This document shows positions 8,873 through 19,069 of a stretch of DNA of 64,000 nucleotides, piece after piece; within the stretch, counting starts at the first letter, position 1, and the number at the start of each line of letters is the position of its first letter. The translations under genes and the position numbers were made by a program. A model generated the notes under the pieces. It had not been told where the DNA came from. It worked only from the letters and a program-made list of their open reading frames with translations, and made no database searches. The stretch lies in contig JALHJW010000010.1 in NCBI GenBank assembly GCA_022839785.1, positions 23,669 through 87,668 on the forward strand. Direction: 5' to 3'. Source of the stretch: Desulfovibrio sp. (GTDB taxonomy: Bacteria > Desulfobacterota > Desulfovibrionia > Desulfovibrionales > Desulfovibrionaceae).

Positions 8873-10582
8873 TCAGTCGGGCTTCAGGTCGCGCAGGGTC
8901 AGCTCGATGGACGGCACGCCGCTCCAGGCGTCGATGCGGGGCTGGTAGGCGACGCGCACGCTTTTGCCCGCCAGGGAGCGCGGCAGGCTTTTCGCCATGC
9001 GCCAGGCCTTGGCCCGCATGGCCACGTTGGAGGCGGGCTCGCGCAGCAGCAGCTTCACGTGGGCGCGGTCCCGGCCGAACAGGTCGTAGCCCTCCACCTG
9101 CACCCGCTCCGAGACGAAGAGGGGCTCGGGATTGCCCGGGCCGAAGGGCTCCAGCATCTCCAGTTCGCGCAGCAGGCCGTGGCTGATCTCGCAAAAGGGC
9201 AGGAGCGCGTCCAGGGGCAGGCTCGGCCCGGCGGGCGTCCGGCCGAGCTGGGCCACGGCCGCGGCGTCGAAGGCGTCGCGCAGGGCCTCCAGCCGGTCCA
9301 GGGCCAGCCGCAGGCCGGCGGCCTGGCGATGGCCGCCGAAGTGGGCAAGCTCGGCCTCGCAGGCCGCAAGGCCCGCGTACAGGTCGAAATCCTCGGTGGC
9401 CCGGCCCGAGCCCTTCCATTCGTCGCCCTCGCGGGTCAGGACCAGGGCGGGCTTGTGGAAGCGGTCCACCAGGCGCGAGGCCACGATGCCGACCACGCCG
9501 GGGTGCCAGCCCTCCTGCGCGACCACCAGGGTTGGGCGATGGCCGAATCCCTCGGCCTGGACGCTGGCGGCCTCGAAGATGCCGTCCTCCTCGCTGCGCC
9601 GCTCGCGGTTCAGGGCGTCGAGCTTCTGCGCCAGCGGTCGGGCCTCGGCGCGGGTCGTGGCCAGGAGCAGGGCCAGGGCGTCGGCCGCCTGGCCGATGCG
9701 GCCCGCGGCGTTGATGCGCGGCGCAAGGCCGAAGACCACCTGCCCGGCGTTCAGCGGCGCGGCCGGATCGAAGCCCGCGGCCTCCTTCAGGGCGTGGATG
9801 CCCGGCCGCTTGGCGTCCTTGAGCAGCAGCAGGCCGTTCTTGACCAGGATGCGGTTTTGCGGCGTCAGCTCCACGATGTCCGCCAGGGTGCCCAGGGCCA
9901 CGAGGTCGAGGAACTCGCGCATGTCCGACGGCGCTCCCGGCAGCAGGCGGTTGAGCGCGGCCATGAGCAGGAAGGCCACGCCCACCCCGGCCAGCTCCGG
10001 GCAGGGACAGGGGCCGAGGCGCGGGTCGCAGACCGCGTGGGCCTCGGGCAGGGTCTGGGGGGGCAGGTGGTGGTCGCTGACCACCACGGTCATGCCCAGT
10101 TCCCGCGCCCGGGCCACCTCGGCCCCGGCCGCGATGCCGCAGTCCACCGTGAGCAGCAGCCCCACGCCTTCGGCGGCCAGCCGTTCGACGTGCTCGATGT
10201 TCAGGCCGTAGCCCTCGCCCACGCGGTCCGGGATATGCCGCCGCGCCGCGATGCCCCGGCCGCGCAGGAAGTCGAGGACCAGGGCCGTGCTGGTCACGCC
10301 GTCCACGTCGTAGTCGCCCCAGACGCAGAGGGTGCGGCCCTCGGCCAGCCCCTGGGCCAGGACGCTGGCCGCCTCGGCCATGCCGGGATAGGACTCGGGC
10401 GGGGCGAGGTGGCGCAGGTGCGGCGAGAGGAAGACGTCCATCTCGGTGGCGGAGGCGAGGCCGCGGGTGCGCAGCAGGCGGACCAGGAAGGTCGAGACGC
10501 CGAGCGTCCCGGCGAGACGGGTGTCTTCCGCCGCGTCTCCGGCCGGGGCGCTCTTGAAGAACCAGCGTTTGTCCGGTGCCAT
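8873..10582 (-). CDS. recJ: Single-stranded-DNA-specific exonuclease RecJ
   Basis: WGDYDVDGVTS, TVDCG, SDHH, PRINAAGR, GSGR, FGGHRQAAG (DHH/DHHA1). Confidence 0.96.
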   Translation of the reverse strand: MAPDKRWFFKSAPAGDAAEDTRLAGTLGVSTFLVRLLRTRGLASATEMDVFLSPHLRHLAPPESYPGMAEAASVLAQGLAEGRTLCVWGDYDVDGVTSTALVLDFLRGRGIAARRHIPDRVGEGYGLNIEHVERLAAEGVGLLLTVDCGIAAGAEVARARELGMTVVVSDHHLPPQTLPEAHAVCDPRLGPCPCPELAGVGVAFLLMAALNRLLPGAPSDMREFLDLVALGTLADIVELTPQNRILVKNGLLLLKDAKRPGIHALKEAAGFDPAAPLNAGQVVFGLAPRINAAGRIGQAADALALLLATTRAEARPLAQKLDALNRERRSEEDGIFEAASVQAEGFGHRPTLVVAQEGWHPGVVGIVASRLVDRFHKPALVLTREGDEWKGSGRATEDFDLYAGLAACEAELAHFGGHRQAAGLRLALDRLEALRDAFDAAAVAQLGRTPAGPSLPLDALLPFCEISHGLLRELEMLEPFGPGNPEPLFVSERVQVEGYDLFGRDRAHVKLLLREPASNVAMRAKAWRMAKSLPRSLAGKSVRVAYQPRIDAWSGVPSIELTLRDLKPD

Positions 10583-10585
10583 GGG

Positions 10586-11449
10586 CTAGCGCAGGACCTC
10601 GGAGATGAACTGGCCGATGCCTTCGTCGGCCGCGGCCCGGGCGGCCAGTTCGCGCGCCGTGTCCGGCGGCAGGGCGAGATGCGCGGCCAACGCGTCCACT
10701 GCCTTCTCCGAGACCCGGTTGGTCCCGGCGGCGAGGTTGCTCAGCATGTCCGCGAGGCAGAGGAACTTGGCCTGGGTGCGGTAGTCCGGCGCGGCCAGGG
10801 GGGCGTGGTGCCAGTTGACCGGCTCGTACAGGTCGGCGGGCAGACTCCAGGACTTCAGCACCAGCGCGCCGATGACGCCGTGCTCGATGCCCCACCATGC
10901 GTCCTCGGCCTTGTGGAAGGAGAGCTGCTTCTCCCGGATCAGGGCGACGATGGCCTGCCAGTCGCCGGGCGCGTGCATGGCCACGATCATCTTGCCCAGG
11001 TCGTGCAGCAGCCCGGCGGTGAAGAGGTTGTCGGGATCGGGCTGCCCGGTCTCCTTGGCCAGGAGCCGGGCGGTCAGGGCCACGGTGAGCTGGTGCCGCC
11101 AGTAGCCCAGAAGGTCGAAGCCGTCGGGCAGGTCGCGGCCCTTGGTCAGCCCCTGCACGCCAAGCGCCAGGACGATGTTGCGGAGTTCCTTGAGGCCCAG
11201 CACCGTGGCCGCGCGGTGCACCGAGGTGACCTGCGACTGCAGGCCGTAGAAGGCCGAGTTGGCCACGGCCAGGAGGCGGGTGGTCAGCCCCTGGTCCGGA
11301 CTGATGGTGTTGGCTATCTCTTCGAGCGAGGTGACGGAGCCTTCCTGGGTCTGGGCGAAGAGTCGCTGCAGCAGCCGGGGGGAGAAGGGCAGTTCGTGGC
11401 GCGTGTCCGCCAGCCTGCCGAGAAATTTCTGGCCTTGTTCGAGACTCAT
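10586..11449 (-). CDS. HDOD domain protein
   Basis: DQGLTTRLLAVANSAFYG...AATVLG...FTAGLLHDLGK...HGVIGA...WSLP; start re-assigned to ATG 11449. Confidence 0.88.
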   Translation of the reverse strand: MSLEQGQKFLGRLADTRHELPFSPRLLQRLFAQTQEGSVTSLEEIANTISPDQGLTTRLLAVANSAFYGLQSQVTSVHRAATVLGLKELRNIVLALGVQGLTKGRDLPDGFDLLGYWRHQLTVALTARLLAKETGQPDPDNLFTAGLLHDLGKMIVAMHAPGDWQAIVALIREKQLSFHKAEDAWWGIEHGVIGALVLKSWSLPADLYEPVNWHHAPLAAPDYRTQAKFLCLADMLSNLAAGTNRVSEKAVDALAAHLALPPDTARELAARAAADEGIGQFISEVLR

Positions 11450-11469
11450 CGGCGTACCGTTCGCCCCTG

Positions 11470-12417
11470 TCAGAAGCTCGTGGTCTCTTCCTCGCCCCCG
11501 GGCTCGAAACCGTTCCCCGCGCCGTTCTTCGCGGCCGGAGCCGGGACCGGTCTGGCAGCGGCGGGTTTGGCCGGGGACGCGGCGCGGCCCGCGCCGGGCC
11601 TTTCCGGATACTCGCCGGTGGCGAAGCCCTTGCGCACCATGTAGTCCCAGAACTGCCGCGCTTCCTCGATGCCGGGGTTGAGGGCGATGGCCTTCCTGAG
11701 CTGCTCCACGCAGTTCTTCATGTCGCCCTTCTCGAAATAGGCGCGGGCGAGGTTCAGCCACAGGTGCTCGTCCTCCTGCGTCAGCTCGATGGCGCGGCGG
11801 TAGTAGTCCACGGCCTGGTCGTACATCTGGCTCTTGCGCAGGCTGATGCCGAAATCGTTGAAGAGGTGCTTGTGTTCCTTGCCGAAGGCCGCGTCGAGCT
11901 TGACCAGACGCTCCAGGATGTCGTTGGCCTTGTTCTTCTCGCCGCGCTCCATGTAGGTCAGGCCCAGGCCGAAGTTGGCGCGCACGTTCTCCTCGTCCAC
12001 CTTCAGGGCCTGGCCGAACTCGAATTCGGCGCTGTACAGCTCGCCGTTGGCGCGGTGCTTTTCGCCGCGCGAGATGGTGTTCGAGAGTTCCTTCATCTTG
12101 GGGAAGACGGTGGAGACGTAGAATTCCGGCTCGGGCGAGAACTTCTGCAGGAACTCGTCCTTCGGAATCTTCCGCTTGGGTCCGGAAGGGATGTAGTTGC
12201 GGTTGAGCGGCTGGATCTCGATGGTTTCCGCGTCGATCTCCTGCACGAACCAGTAGGTCTTCTGGATGGTGCGGCGGGTCGTGGTGCCGGTGCCGACCTT
12301 GACCACGGACTGGGTGGAGAAGATGCCCTTGATCTTCTCCTCGTGCCTGGGCGCGGCGGCGGGCTTCTGGGCGTCCTTGGCCTGCTGCCCGTTCTTGGGC
12401 TCGTAGCGCATGTCCAT
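11470..12417 (-). CDS. Tetratricopeptide repeat protein
   Basis: Several TPR-like helical repeats (ANFGLGLTYME, LFNDFGISLRK, LWLNLARAYFE). Confidence 0.85.
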   Translation of the reverse strand: MDMRYEPKNGQQAKDAQKPAAAPRHEEKIKGIFSTQSVVKVGTGTTTRRTIQKTYWFVQEIDAETIEIQPLNRNYIPSGPKRKIPKDEFLQKFSPEPEFYVSTVFPKMKELSNTISRGEKHRANGELYSAEFEFGQALKVDEENVRANFGLGLTYMERGEKNKANDILERLVKLDAAFGKEHKHLFNDFGISLRKSQMYDQAVDYYRRAIELTQEDEHLWLNLARAYFEKGDMKNCVEQLRKAIALNPGIEEARQFWDYMVRKGFATGEYPERPGAGRAASPAKPAAARPVPAPAAKNGAGNGFEPGGEEETTSF

Positions 12418-12451
12418 CGCGAAAAGCTCCTTGTGCGCGCCCGTGCGGCCG

Positions 12452-13156
12452 CTATCCGGCGGCGCCGCGCGCCATGGCCTCGATGATCCGTTTCGCCGCC
12501 GCCGCCGGGTCGTCGGCTCTGGCGATGGGCCTGCCCGCGACGAGGAAGTCCGCCCCCGCGGCCACGGCCTCGGCCGGGGTCGCGGTGCGGCGCTGGTCGT
12601 CGGCCGGGGCCGCGTCCGAAGAGGCCTCCCGGATGCCCGGCGTCAGGCACAGGAGGCCCGCGCCCGTGGCGGCCTTCACGGCCCGCGCCTCCAGGGGCGA
12701 ACAGACCACTCCATCCAAGCCACTCTGAAAGGCTTTCGACGCCAGGTCAAGCACCATTTCCGCGGGCGTCTTGAGGTAGATTCCGGCCGTGTCCTCGGCC
12801 GCCAGGCTGGTCAGCATGGTCACGGCCATGAGCAGCGGCCCGGCCCCAGCGCCGCGCGCCTCGGCCGCTGCCCGCAGCATGCGCGTCCCGCCCGAGGCGT
12901 GCAGCGTCAGCATGTCCGCCCCGGCCCGCGCCGCGGCCCGCACCGCGCCCTGCACGGTGTTGGGAATGTCGTGCAGCTTGAGGTCGAGGAAGACCTTGAA
13001 CTCCATGTCGCGTAGACGGGAGACGATGCCGGGTCCCTCGGCCGTGAACAGCTCCAGCCCCACCTTGGCCCAGGGGACGATCCCCCGCAGGCTGCGGGCC
13101 AGGGACAGGGCCGGGACCGCCTCGGGAAAGTCCAGGGCGACGACGAGTTCGGCCAT
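12452..13156 (-). CDS. pyrF: Orotidine-5'-phosphate decarboxylase
   Basis: VALD, KVGLEL, FLDLKLHDIPNTV, TPGIR, GRPI. Confidence 0.96.
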   Translation of the reverse strand: MAELVVALDFPEAVPALSLARSLRGIVPWAKVGLELFTAEGPGIVSRLRDMEFKVFLDLKLHDIPNTVQGAVRAAARAGADMLTLHASGGTRMLRAAAEARGAGAGPLLMAVTMLTSLAAEDTAGIYLKTPAEMVLDLASKAFQSGLDGVVCSPLEARAVKAATGAGLLCLTPGIREASSDAAPADDQRRTATPAEAVAAGADFLVAGRPIARADDPAAAAKRIIEAMARGAAG

Positions 13157-13782
13157 CAGCCGTTCTCCTCGCGCGGCCAGCCGTGCAGCAGCCGTTCCAC
13201 CAGGCCGGGGTCGGCGGCCGGGGTCAGCTTGCGCGCCATGTACACGGCGCGCAGCCGGTCGTAGGCCGCGTCCAGGTCGTCGTTGACGATCCAGTGGTCG
13301 AACATCCCGGCGGTCTCAAGCTCGCCGCGCGCGTTGCGCAGGCGTTTGCGGATCGTCTCCTCGCTGTCCGTGGCCCGGCCGCGCAGCCGCTCCTCCAGGA
13401 CCTGGCGCGAGGGCGGCAGGAGCATGACGAAGCAGGCTTCGGGCAGGCTGGCCTTGAGCTGGCGCGCCCCCTGCACGTCGATGTCGAAGAGCACGTCGAA
13501 CCCTTTGGCCGCCAGTTCGCGGGTGAAGGACAGGGGCGTGCCGTAGCAGTTGCCGTGGACCTCTGCCCATTCGGCGAAGTGCCCCTGCTCCACGAGGCGC
13601 AGGAACTCCGCCTTGTCCGTGAAGAAGTAGTCCCTCCCGTGCTCCTCGCCCTCCCTGGGGGCGCGCGTGGTGTGGGAGATGGAGAAGCGCACGCCCGGGA
13701 ATTCCCCGATCAGGCGCTTCACCAGGGTGCTCTTGCCCGTGCCCGAGGGCGCGCACAGGACGTACAGGCAGCCGCTGCTCAC
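13156..13782 (-). CDS. gmk: Guanylate kinase
   Basis: [41 protein letters not shown]. Confidence 0.96.
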   Translation of the reverse strand: MSSGCLYVLCAPSGTGKSTLVKRLIGEFPGVRFSISHTTRAPREGEEHGRDYFFTDKAEFLRLVEQGHFAEWAEVHGNCYGTPLSFTRELAAKGFDVLFDIDVQGARQLKASLPEACFVMLLPPSRQVLEERLRGRATDSEETIRKRLRNARGELETAGMFDHWIVNDDLDAAYDRLRAVYMARKLTPAADPGLVERLLHGWPREENG

Positions 13783-14039
13783 GGGGCCTCCTCGTCGCTC
13801 TGGTTGAAGCGCTGGCCCACGGTCTCGGCCTGGATGGCGGAGAGGACCACGTGGCTCGAGTCGAGCACGATGATGGAGCGCGTCTTGCGCCCCTGGGTGG
13901 CGTCCACCAGCCGTCCCTCGTTCTTGGCGTCCTCGCGCAGGCGCTTCATGGGGGAGGAGGTGGGGTTGACGATGGCCACCACGCGCGCGGCGACCACGAA
14001 ATTGCCGAAGCCGATGTTGAGGAGTCCCTGTTTCTGCAT
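13779..14039 (-). CDS. DUF370 / RemA-like protein
   Basis: [10 protein letters not shown]...[12 protein letters not shown]...SAIQAETV; conserved yicC-DUF370-gmk order. Confidence 0.9.
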   Translation of the reverse strand: MQKQGLLNIGFGNFVVAARVVAIVNPTSSPMKRLREDAKNEGRLVDATQGRKTRSIIVLDSSHVVLSAIQAETVGQRFNQSDEEAP

Positions 14040-14061
14040 CGCGTTCCCGTTCGGGCTCTGC

Positions 14062-14943
14062 CTATTCGATGTTCTGCACCTGCTCGCGGCACTTTTCAAG
14101 CTCGGCCTTGAAGTCCACCGTCAGGCGGGAGATTTCGGCGTCCTGGGATTTGTTGCCGCAGGTGTTGATCTCGCGGAAGGCCTCCTGGCACAGGAAGTCG
14201 AGCCGCTTGCCGATCTCGCCCTGCTTGGACAGCACCTGGGCGATGCGCGCCAGGTGGGTCTCCAGGCGCATCAACTCCTCGGAGACGTCGAGCCGGTCCG
14301 CGGCCAGGGCCGCCTCCTGCAGCAGCCGGTCCTCGGTCGCCATTAGCCCCGTTCCGTTCATGAGCTGGGCCAGACGTTCGCGCAGGGCGTTCATCTTCTC
14401 GCCCGTCAGGGCCGGGGCGCGCGCGGCGATGCGGCCGCGCAGCTCCTCCAGGGTGGCCAGACGGGCGCGCATGTCCGTCTCCAGGGCCGCGCCTTCCTGG
14501 CCGCGCGTGCGGTCCCAGGCGGCCAGGGCGGCGGAGAGCGCCTCGGCCACGTCGGCGGCCAGCGCCGGGTCAGGCTCCTCCATGGGCTCCTGCCAGAGCA
14601 TGGGCGCGGTCAGCAGGCGGTTCAGGTCGGGCGTGAAATCCAGACGGCGGCCGCGCGCGAACTCGGCCAGACGGTCGATCATGGCTCCGGCCTGGGCCTC
14701 GTTGAAGGTCACGGCCATGTCGCCCGCGCGGGCGAAGCGCACGTTGCAGTAAAGCTCCACGCGGCCGCGCGCGGCCACGCCCCGGAGAATCCGCTCCCAG
14801 TCGCCCTCCAGGCTGCGCAGCAGCGTGGGGGCGCGCCATTTCATGTCCAGGAAGCGGCTGTTCACGCTCTTCACTTCCCAGGTCACGGTCCAGGCCGGGG
14901 CCGCCTTCTCGGCGCGGCCGAAGCCGGTCATGCTCTTGACCAT
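14062..14943 (-). CDS. yicC: YicC/YloC family endoribonuclease
   Basis: [52 protein letters not shown]. Confidence 0.93.
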   Translation of the reverse strand: MVKSMTGFGRAEKAAPAWTVTWEVKSVNSRFLDMKWRAPTLLRSLEGDWERILRGVAARGRVELYCNVRFARAGDMAVTFNEAQAGAMIDRLAEFARGRRLDFTPDLNRLLTAPMLWQEPMEEPDPALAADVAEALSAALAAWDRTRGQEGAALETDMRARLATLEELRGRIAARAPALTGEKMNALRERLAQLMNGTGLMATEDRLLQEAALAADRLDVSEELMRLETHLARIAQVLSKQGEIGKRLDFLCQEAFREINTCGNKSQDAEISRLTVDFKAELEKCREQVQNIE

Positions 14944-15012
14944 GTCGTCTCCTTGCCTCCGGCCTCGGGCCGACGGTGCGGCATCCTTACGTCAAAGCGG
15001 CCGGATGGTAAA

Positions 15013-16380
15013 TCATGGCCGCGCATCCGCCCCGGATTCCGGGCGGGGCAGGGGCGCGACCTCGATGCAGCCCTGGCGCACGGCCACGGGACGGCAGACG
15101 GCCAGGCCCCGCCGGGCCGCGCCGCTCAGGGGCGCGGCGAAGCGGCACTCCACGTAGTGTTCGTTGCGGCCGCGCCAGGGGGCGTCGTCCTCCAGCACCA
15201 CGGTCATCCGCTCCAGACGGGCCTGACGTCGCAAAAAGGCCTGCCGTTTCCGGGCAACCAGGGCGCGCAGGGCGGCGGCTCGCGCCGTGCGTTCCGGCTC
15301 GGCGACCTGTCCTTCCAGGCTGGCCGCGGCCGTGCCGGGCCGGGCGGAGAAGGGGAAGACGTGGGCGTAGGTCAGGGGCAGGGCCGCGGCGTTCTCGATG
15401 GTGCGCGCGGCGTCCGCGCCCGTTTCGCCGGGAAAGCCCGCGATGAAGTCCGCGCCCAGGCCGAAGACCGGCCAGACCCAGGCCAGCCGGTCGAGAAAGC
15501 GGTGCACGTCCTCCGGGCCGTAATGACCGCGGCGCATGCGGGCCAGCACGGCGGGCGAGAGGCTTTGCAGCGAGAGGTGCAGGTGCGGCGCCACCAGGCG
15601 GCTCGCGGCCAGGGTCTCCAGCGCCTCGTCGCCGAGCTGCGCCGGGTCCAGGGAGGAGATGCGCAGCCGCGCGTGACCGGCCCAGGCAGGGGCCAGCTCC
15701 CGCTCCAGGCGGCGCACCAGACGCCAGAAATTCCAGCCCCTGGGCAGCCCGAAACCGTACTGCCTGAGGTTCACGCCCGAGAGGACGATTTCGCGAAAAC
15801 CCGCGTCCAGCAGCCGCCGGGCCTCGGTCACGACCGCCTCGGGCTGCCGCGAGGCCGAGGGGCCGCGCAGCAGCGGCACGATGCAGTAGCTGCAGCGGTG
15901 CGAACAGCCGTCCTGGACCTTGAGCACGGCGCGGGCGCGCGGGTAGTCCGCGATGGACAGGGGCGGGAAGGCGTCCCGCGTTCCCGCCTGCCCTTCCTCC
16001 GTCTCGTGCGGGGCGGATATCCGGAGGTCGGCCAGCGCCGCCTTGGCGCGCTGCGGCAGGACGGCGGCCACGCCGGGCAGCGCGGCCACGATCTCCCTGT
16101 CCTCCTCGGGCACGCAGCCCACGACCACCACCGCCGCGCCGGGGCTGGCCCGGTGCGCGGCGCGCACTGCGGCGCGCACGTCGGCCACGGCCCTGGCGGT
16201 CACGGCGCAGGCGTTGACCACGACCACGTCGGCTCCGGCCGCGTCCGGGCTCTCGCACAGGCCCCGTTCGAGCCAGGCCTCGCGCAGGGCCTGGGCCTCG
16301 TACTGGTTGATCTTGCAGCCCAGGGTCCGGATATGGAAACGTTGCCCGCTGCCGGGCGTAAAAACCGTTTTTCTTTTCAT
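15013..16380 (-). CDS. mtaB: tRNA t6A37 methylthiotransferase (MiaB/RimO radical SAM family)
   Basis: TLGCKINQYE, NACAVT, KVQDGCSHRCSYCIVP; start ATG 16380 within the longer ORF 15013..17106. Confidence 0.82.
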   Translation of the reverse strand: MKRKTVFTPGSGQRFHIRTLGCKINQYEAQALREAWLERGLCESPDAAGADVVVVNACAVTARAVADVRAAVRAAHRASPGAAVVVVGCVPEEDREIVAALPGVAAVLPQRAKAALADLRISAPHETEEGQAGTRDAFPPLSIADYPRARAVLKVQDGCSHRCSYCIVPLLRGPSASRQPEAVVTEARRLLDAGFREIVLSGVNLRQYGFGLPRGWNFWRLVRRLERELAPAWAGHARLRISSLDPAQLGDEALETLAASRLVAPHLHLSLQSLSPAVLARMRRGHYGPEDVHRFLDRLAWVWPVFGLGADFIAGFPGETGADAARTIENAAALPLTYAHVFPFSARPGTAAASLEGQVAEPERTARAAALRALVARKRQAFLRRQARLERMTVVLEDDAPWRGRNEHYVECRFAAPLSGAARRGLAVCRPVAVRQGCIEVAPLPRPESGADARP

Positions 16381-16434
16381 TCGGATGCGGTATGGAAGGA
16401 TGGTGGCGGAATGTCCGTGGCCGAGAGCATACCC

Positions 16435-16998
16435 ATGAACGCGCGTATTGCAATCATCATTTTCAGCCTCGCGCTGTGCAGTTTCACCGTCGGGTGCCAG
16501 GTGGGCATCTTCGCGGGCGGCGGAACCGGAGGGCGGGGCGGCGGCATCGGCGGCGGCGTGGGCACGACCATCCCGGTGGGCTCCTCCGGCTCCTCCGCTC
16601 CGGCCGAGGACCGCGAGGCCATGCTCGCGTTGATCCGGAAGGGCGAATACGAGGTCGCCGCGAACCGGCTGGAGGAGCTGCATGCCGCCTGGCCCAAGGA
16701 CTGGCGCGCGCAGTTCTATCTCGGCCTCGCCTACGTGGGGCTTGAGCAGTTCGAGAAGGGCTACGGCCTGGTCAAGAGCATCGTCATCGACTTCGCCTAC
16801 TACGAGAAGAAGGAGATCGTCTGCACGGCCGAGTACGTGGAGGAGAAAAAGATGTCCGGCCCCGAGGCCGTGCGGGTCATGCTCGATTATTTCGCCATCT
16901 CGGAGCAGCGCCAGGCCGTGCGGGAACGGCCCAGGCCCTGGGGCGATCCGGATCTGACCTATGACTGTCCGCCGTTTCTGCGGGCGACGTATTTTTAA
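16435..16998 (+). CDS. TPR-like lipoprotein with Gly-rich N-terminal linker
   Basis: Signal peptide ending FTVG-C; GGGTGGRGGGIGGG; helical repeat with AQFYLGLAY. Confidence 0.7.
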   Translation: MNARIAIIIFSLALCSFTVGCQVGIFAGGGTGGRGGGIGGGVGTTIPVGSSGSSAPAEDREAMLALIRKGEYEVAANRLEELHAAWPKDWRAQFYLGLAYVGLEQFEKGYGLVKSIVIDFAYYEKKEIVCTAEYVEEKKMSGPEAVRVMLDYFAISEQRQAVRERPRPWGDPDLTYDCPPFLRATYF

Positions 16999-17060
16999 GG
17001 GGACAGACGAGGGGACGAACCAGGCGGCCCGTTGTCCGGGGCGTCGACGAGGAGGACGAG

Positions 17061-17570
17061 ATGCGCGCGACAAGACGCTTTTCCCTGTGGCTGATCCTGG
17101 CGACACTCCTCGCCGCGGGGTGCGGCGGATACATGCAGGGCAACATCGCCCTGCGCGACGGACGGCCCGACGAGGCCGCGACCTACTACCGCCAGTCCCT
17201 GGATGGGACCTCGGGCAAACTGGCCCGCGCCCGGCTGGGGCTCGCCCTGATCTGGAGCGGCAAGCCCAGGGAGGCCGAGCCCCTGCTGCGCCAGGCCGTG
17301 GGCGAGGACGCGGGAGACTGGGCCGCCATGTTCTATCTCGCGGGTGCGGAAGCCTGCCAGGGGCGGAGCGCTGAGGCGGCCGCCACCCTGGAAAACGTGC
17401 GCGACGCCTTCCGTCCCTATTTCGCCGCGGAACTGCGCAACGAGGGGGGCCAAGCCATGCGCGCGGGCATGAATTGTCCGGCCCTGGCCAAGACCCTGTG
17501 GCAGATCCAACTGACCGCCGAGGACAACCAGTTCAGGCGTGAGGAACGCGAACGCAACAGCAATCGCTAG
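17061..17570 (+). CDS. TPR lipoprotein
   Basis: Lipobox LLAAG-C; ARARLGLALI, AMFYLAGAE TPR-like helices; GGAGG RBS. Confidence 0.78.
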   Translation: MRATRRFSLWLILATLLAAGCGGYMQGNIALRDGRPDEAATYYRQSLDGTSGKLARARLGLALIWSGKPREAEPLLRQAVGEDAGDWAAMFYLAGAEACQGRSAEAAATLENVRDAFRPYFAAELRNEGGQAMRAGMNCPALAKTLWQIQLTAEDNQFRREERERNSNR

Positions 17571-17631
17571 GGTCGCAGGGAAAAGAGAAGCGGGAGGACG
17601 CCGGGGACAGCGGGCGGCTCCGGTTGTCCCT

Positions 17632-17979
17632 TCAGAAGCTCACGAAGGCCGCCCCGGCGTCCCATTCCTCCAGGGAGCAGCGCAGGGGGGAGTCGAAGCG
17701 CACGCCGCAGGCCGGACCCTCGCTCCACACGACCTGCAGCCCGCGTTCGACCAGAAGCGGGGTGAGGAGCCGCGGGCATTCGGCCACGCACAGGCGCTGT
17801 CCGGGCATGAATCCCGCGCTTCCGATGGCGCCCCGCGCCAGGAGGCGCATGCCGTGGGGGGAGATGTCGCTGATGCGGCAGAGCATGGCCGGGGCCTGCC
17901 CGTTCAGGTAGTCCGGGGCCGTGACCAGGATTTCGTCCGGCCCCTGCACGGCCTTGCGTCTGGATTGCCTGCGTTCCAT
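17632..17979 (-). CDS. Stand-alone PilZ domain protein
   Basis: RRQSRRK (RxxxR) and DISPHG (DxSxxG) motifs; GGAG RBS before ATG 17979. Confidence 0.85.
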   Translation of the reverse strand: MERRQSRRKAVQGPDEILVTAPDYLNGQAPAMLCRISDISPHGMRLLARGAIGSAGFMPGQRLCVAECPRLLTPLLVERGLQVVWSEGPACGVRFDSPLRCSLEEWDAGAAFVSF

Positions 17980-18001
17980 CTCCCTCCCCCGCGCGCACAG
18001 G

Positions 18002-19069
18002 CTAATCCGCCAGCCGGACGGCGTCAATGACGCCGCCCGCCAGGACGCGGCCGTTCGCGTCGTAGAGCGCGGCGATCTGTCCGGGCGCGGGCAGGGCGCA
18101 GGGCTCGGCGAAGGCGATGTCCAGCGCGTCGCCCGCCAGGGCTGCGCGCGCGGGCGCGGGGTCCTGACGGGAGCGGCACTTGGCCAGGACGGCTTCAGGC
18201 CATGTTTCGGGCGGCGCGAGCAGGTTGAGGCGCGAGGCGGTCACCCCGGCGCAGCGCGCCCGGGCCGCCGGGCCCACGATCAGGGCGTTCCTGCCCGTGT
18301 CCTTGGCCAGCACGTAGAGCGGCTCGGCGTGCGCCACGCCCAGGCCCCGGCGCTGTCCCTCGGTATGCCGCCACAGGCCCTTGTGGCGGCCGACCTCGCG
18401 TTCGCGGCCAGGGGCCTCGCGCAGCAGGATGGGGCCGGGGCCGGGCAGAGGGACCTCGCCCGCCGCCAGGAAGGCATGGTAGTCGTCGCCGGGCACGAAG
18501 CAGACCTCCTGGCTCTCGCCCGGCAGCGGCGGCGGCAGGCCGCGCGCGGCCAGTTCGTCCAGCACCCGCGCCTTGCTCCATCCGGCCAGGGGGAACTCGG
18601 CGCGCGCCAGCCGGTCGCGTGGCACGAGCGAAAGAAAGTAGCTCTGGTCCTTGCCCGCGTCCGCGCCGCGCGCCAGGGCCGGACCGTCCGGACCGTGGGC
18701 GAGGCGCGCGTAGTGGCCGGTGGCCAGGCGCGTCGCGCCGAAGGCCCCGGCCCGGTCGAGCAGCAGCCCGAACTTCAGGGCGGCGTTGCACAGGCAGCAG
18801 GGGCTGGGGGTGCGGCCCCCGGCATAGGCGCGGATGAAGGGGGCGACCACCAGGTCGGCGAACTCCCGGCGCAGGTCCACGGCGTGGAACGCCACGCCCA
18901 GCGCGGCGCAACGGGCGGCCAGCTCCCGCGCCAGCTCGCCGTGCGGCATGCGGCCCGGCGCGTCGGGCAGGAAGCGGCCGTGGACGCCGATCGCCCGGCG
19001 TCCGGCCTCCTTGAGCAGGGCCAGGGCCAGCAGGCTGTCGCGTCCCCCGGAGAGGGCGACGGCGATCAC
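18002..19069 (-). CDS. mnmA: tRNA 2-thiouridine(34) synthase MnmA
   Basis: ALSGGRDS, TPSPCCLCN, LATGHYAR, KDQSYFL, ESQEVCF, GQRRGLG, APGQ; GTG start overlaps the upstream stop. Confidence 0.93.
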   Translation of the reverse strand: MIAVALSGGRDSLLALALLKEAGRRAIGVHGRFLPDAPGRMPHGELARELAARCAALGVAFHAVDLRREFADLVVAPFIRAYAGGRTPSPCCLCNAALKFGLLLDRAGAFGATRLATGHYARLAHGPDGPALARGADAGKDQSYFLSLVPRDRLARAEFPLAGWSKARVLDELAARGLPPPLPGESQEVCFVPGDDYHAFLAAGEVPLPGPGPILLREAPGREREVGRHKGLWRHTEGQRRGLGVAHAEPLYVLAKDTGRNALIVGPAARARCAGVTASRLNLLAPPETWPEAVLAKCRSRQDPAPARAALAGDALDIAFAEPCALPAPGQIAALYDANGRVLAGGVIDAVRLAD

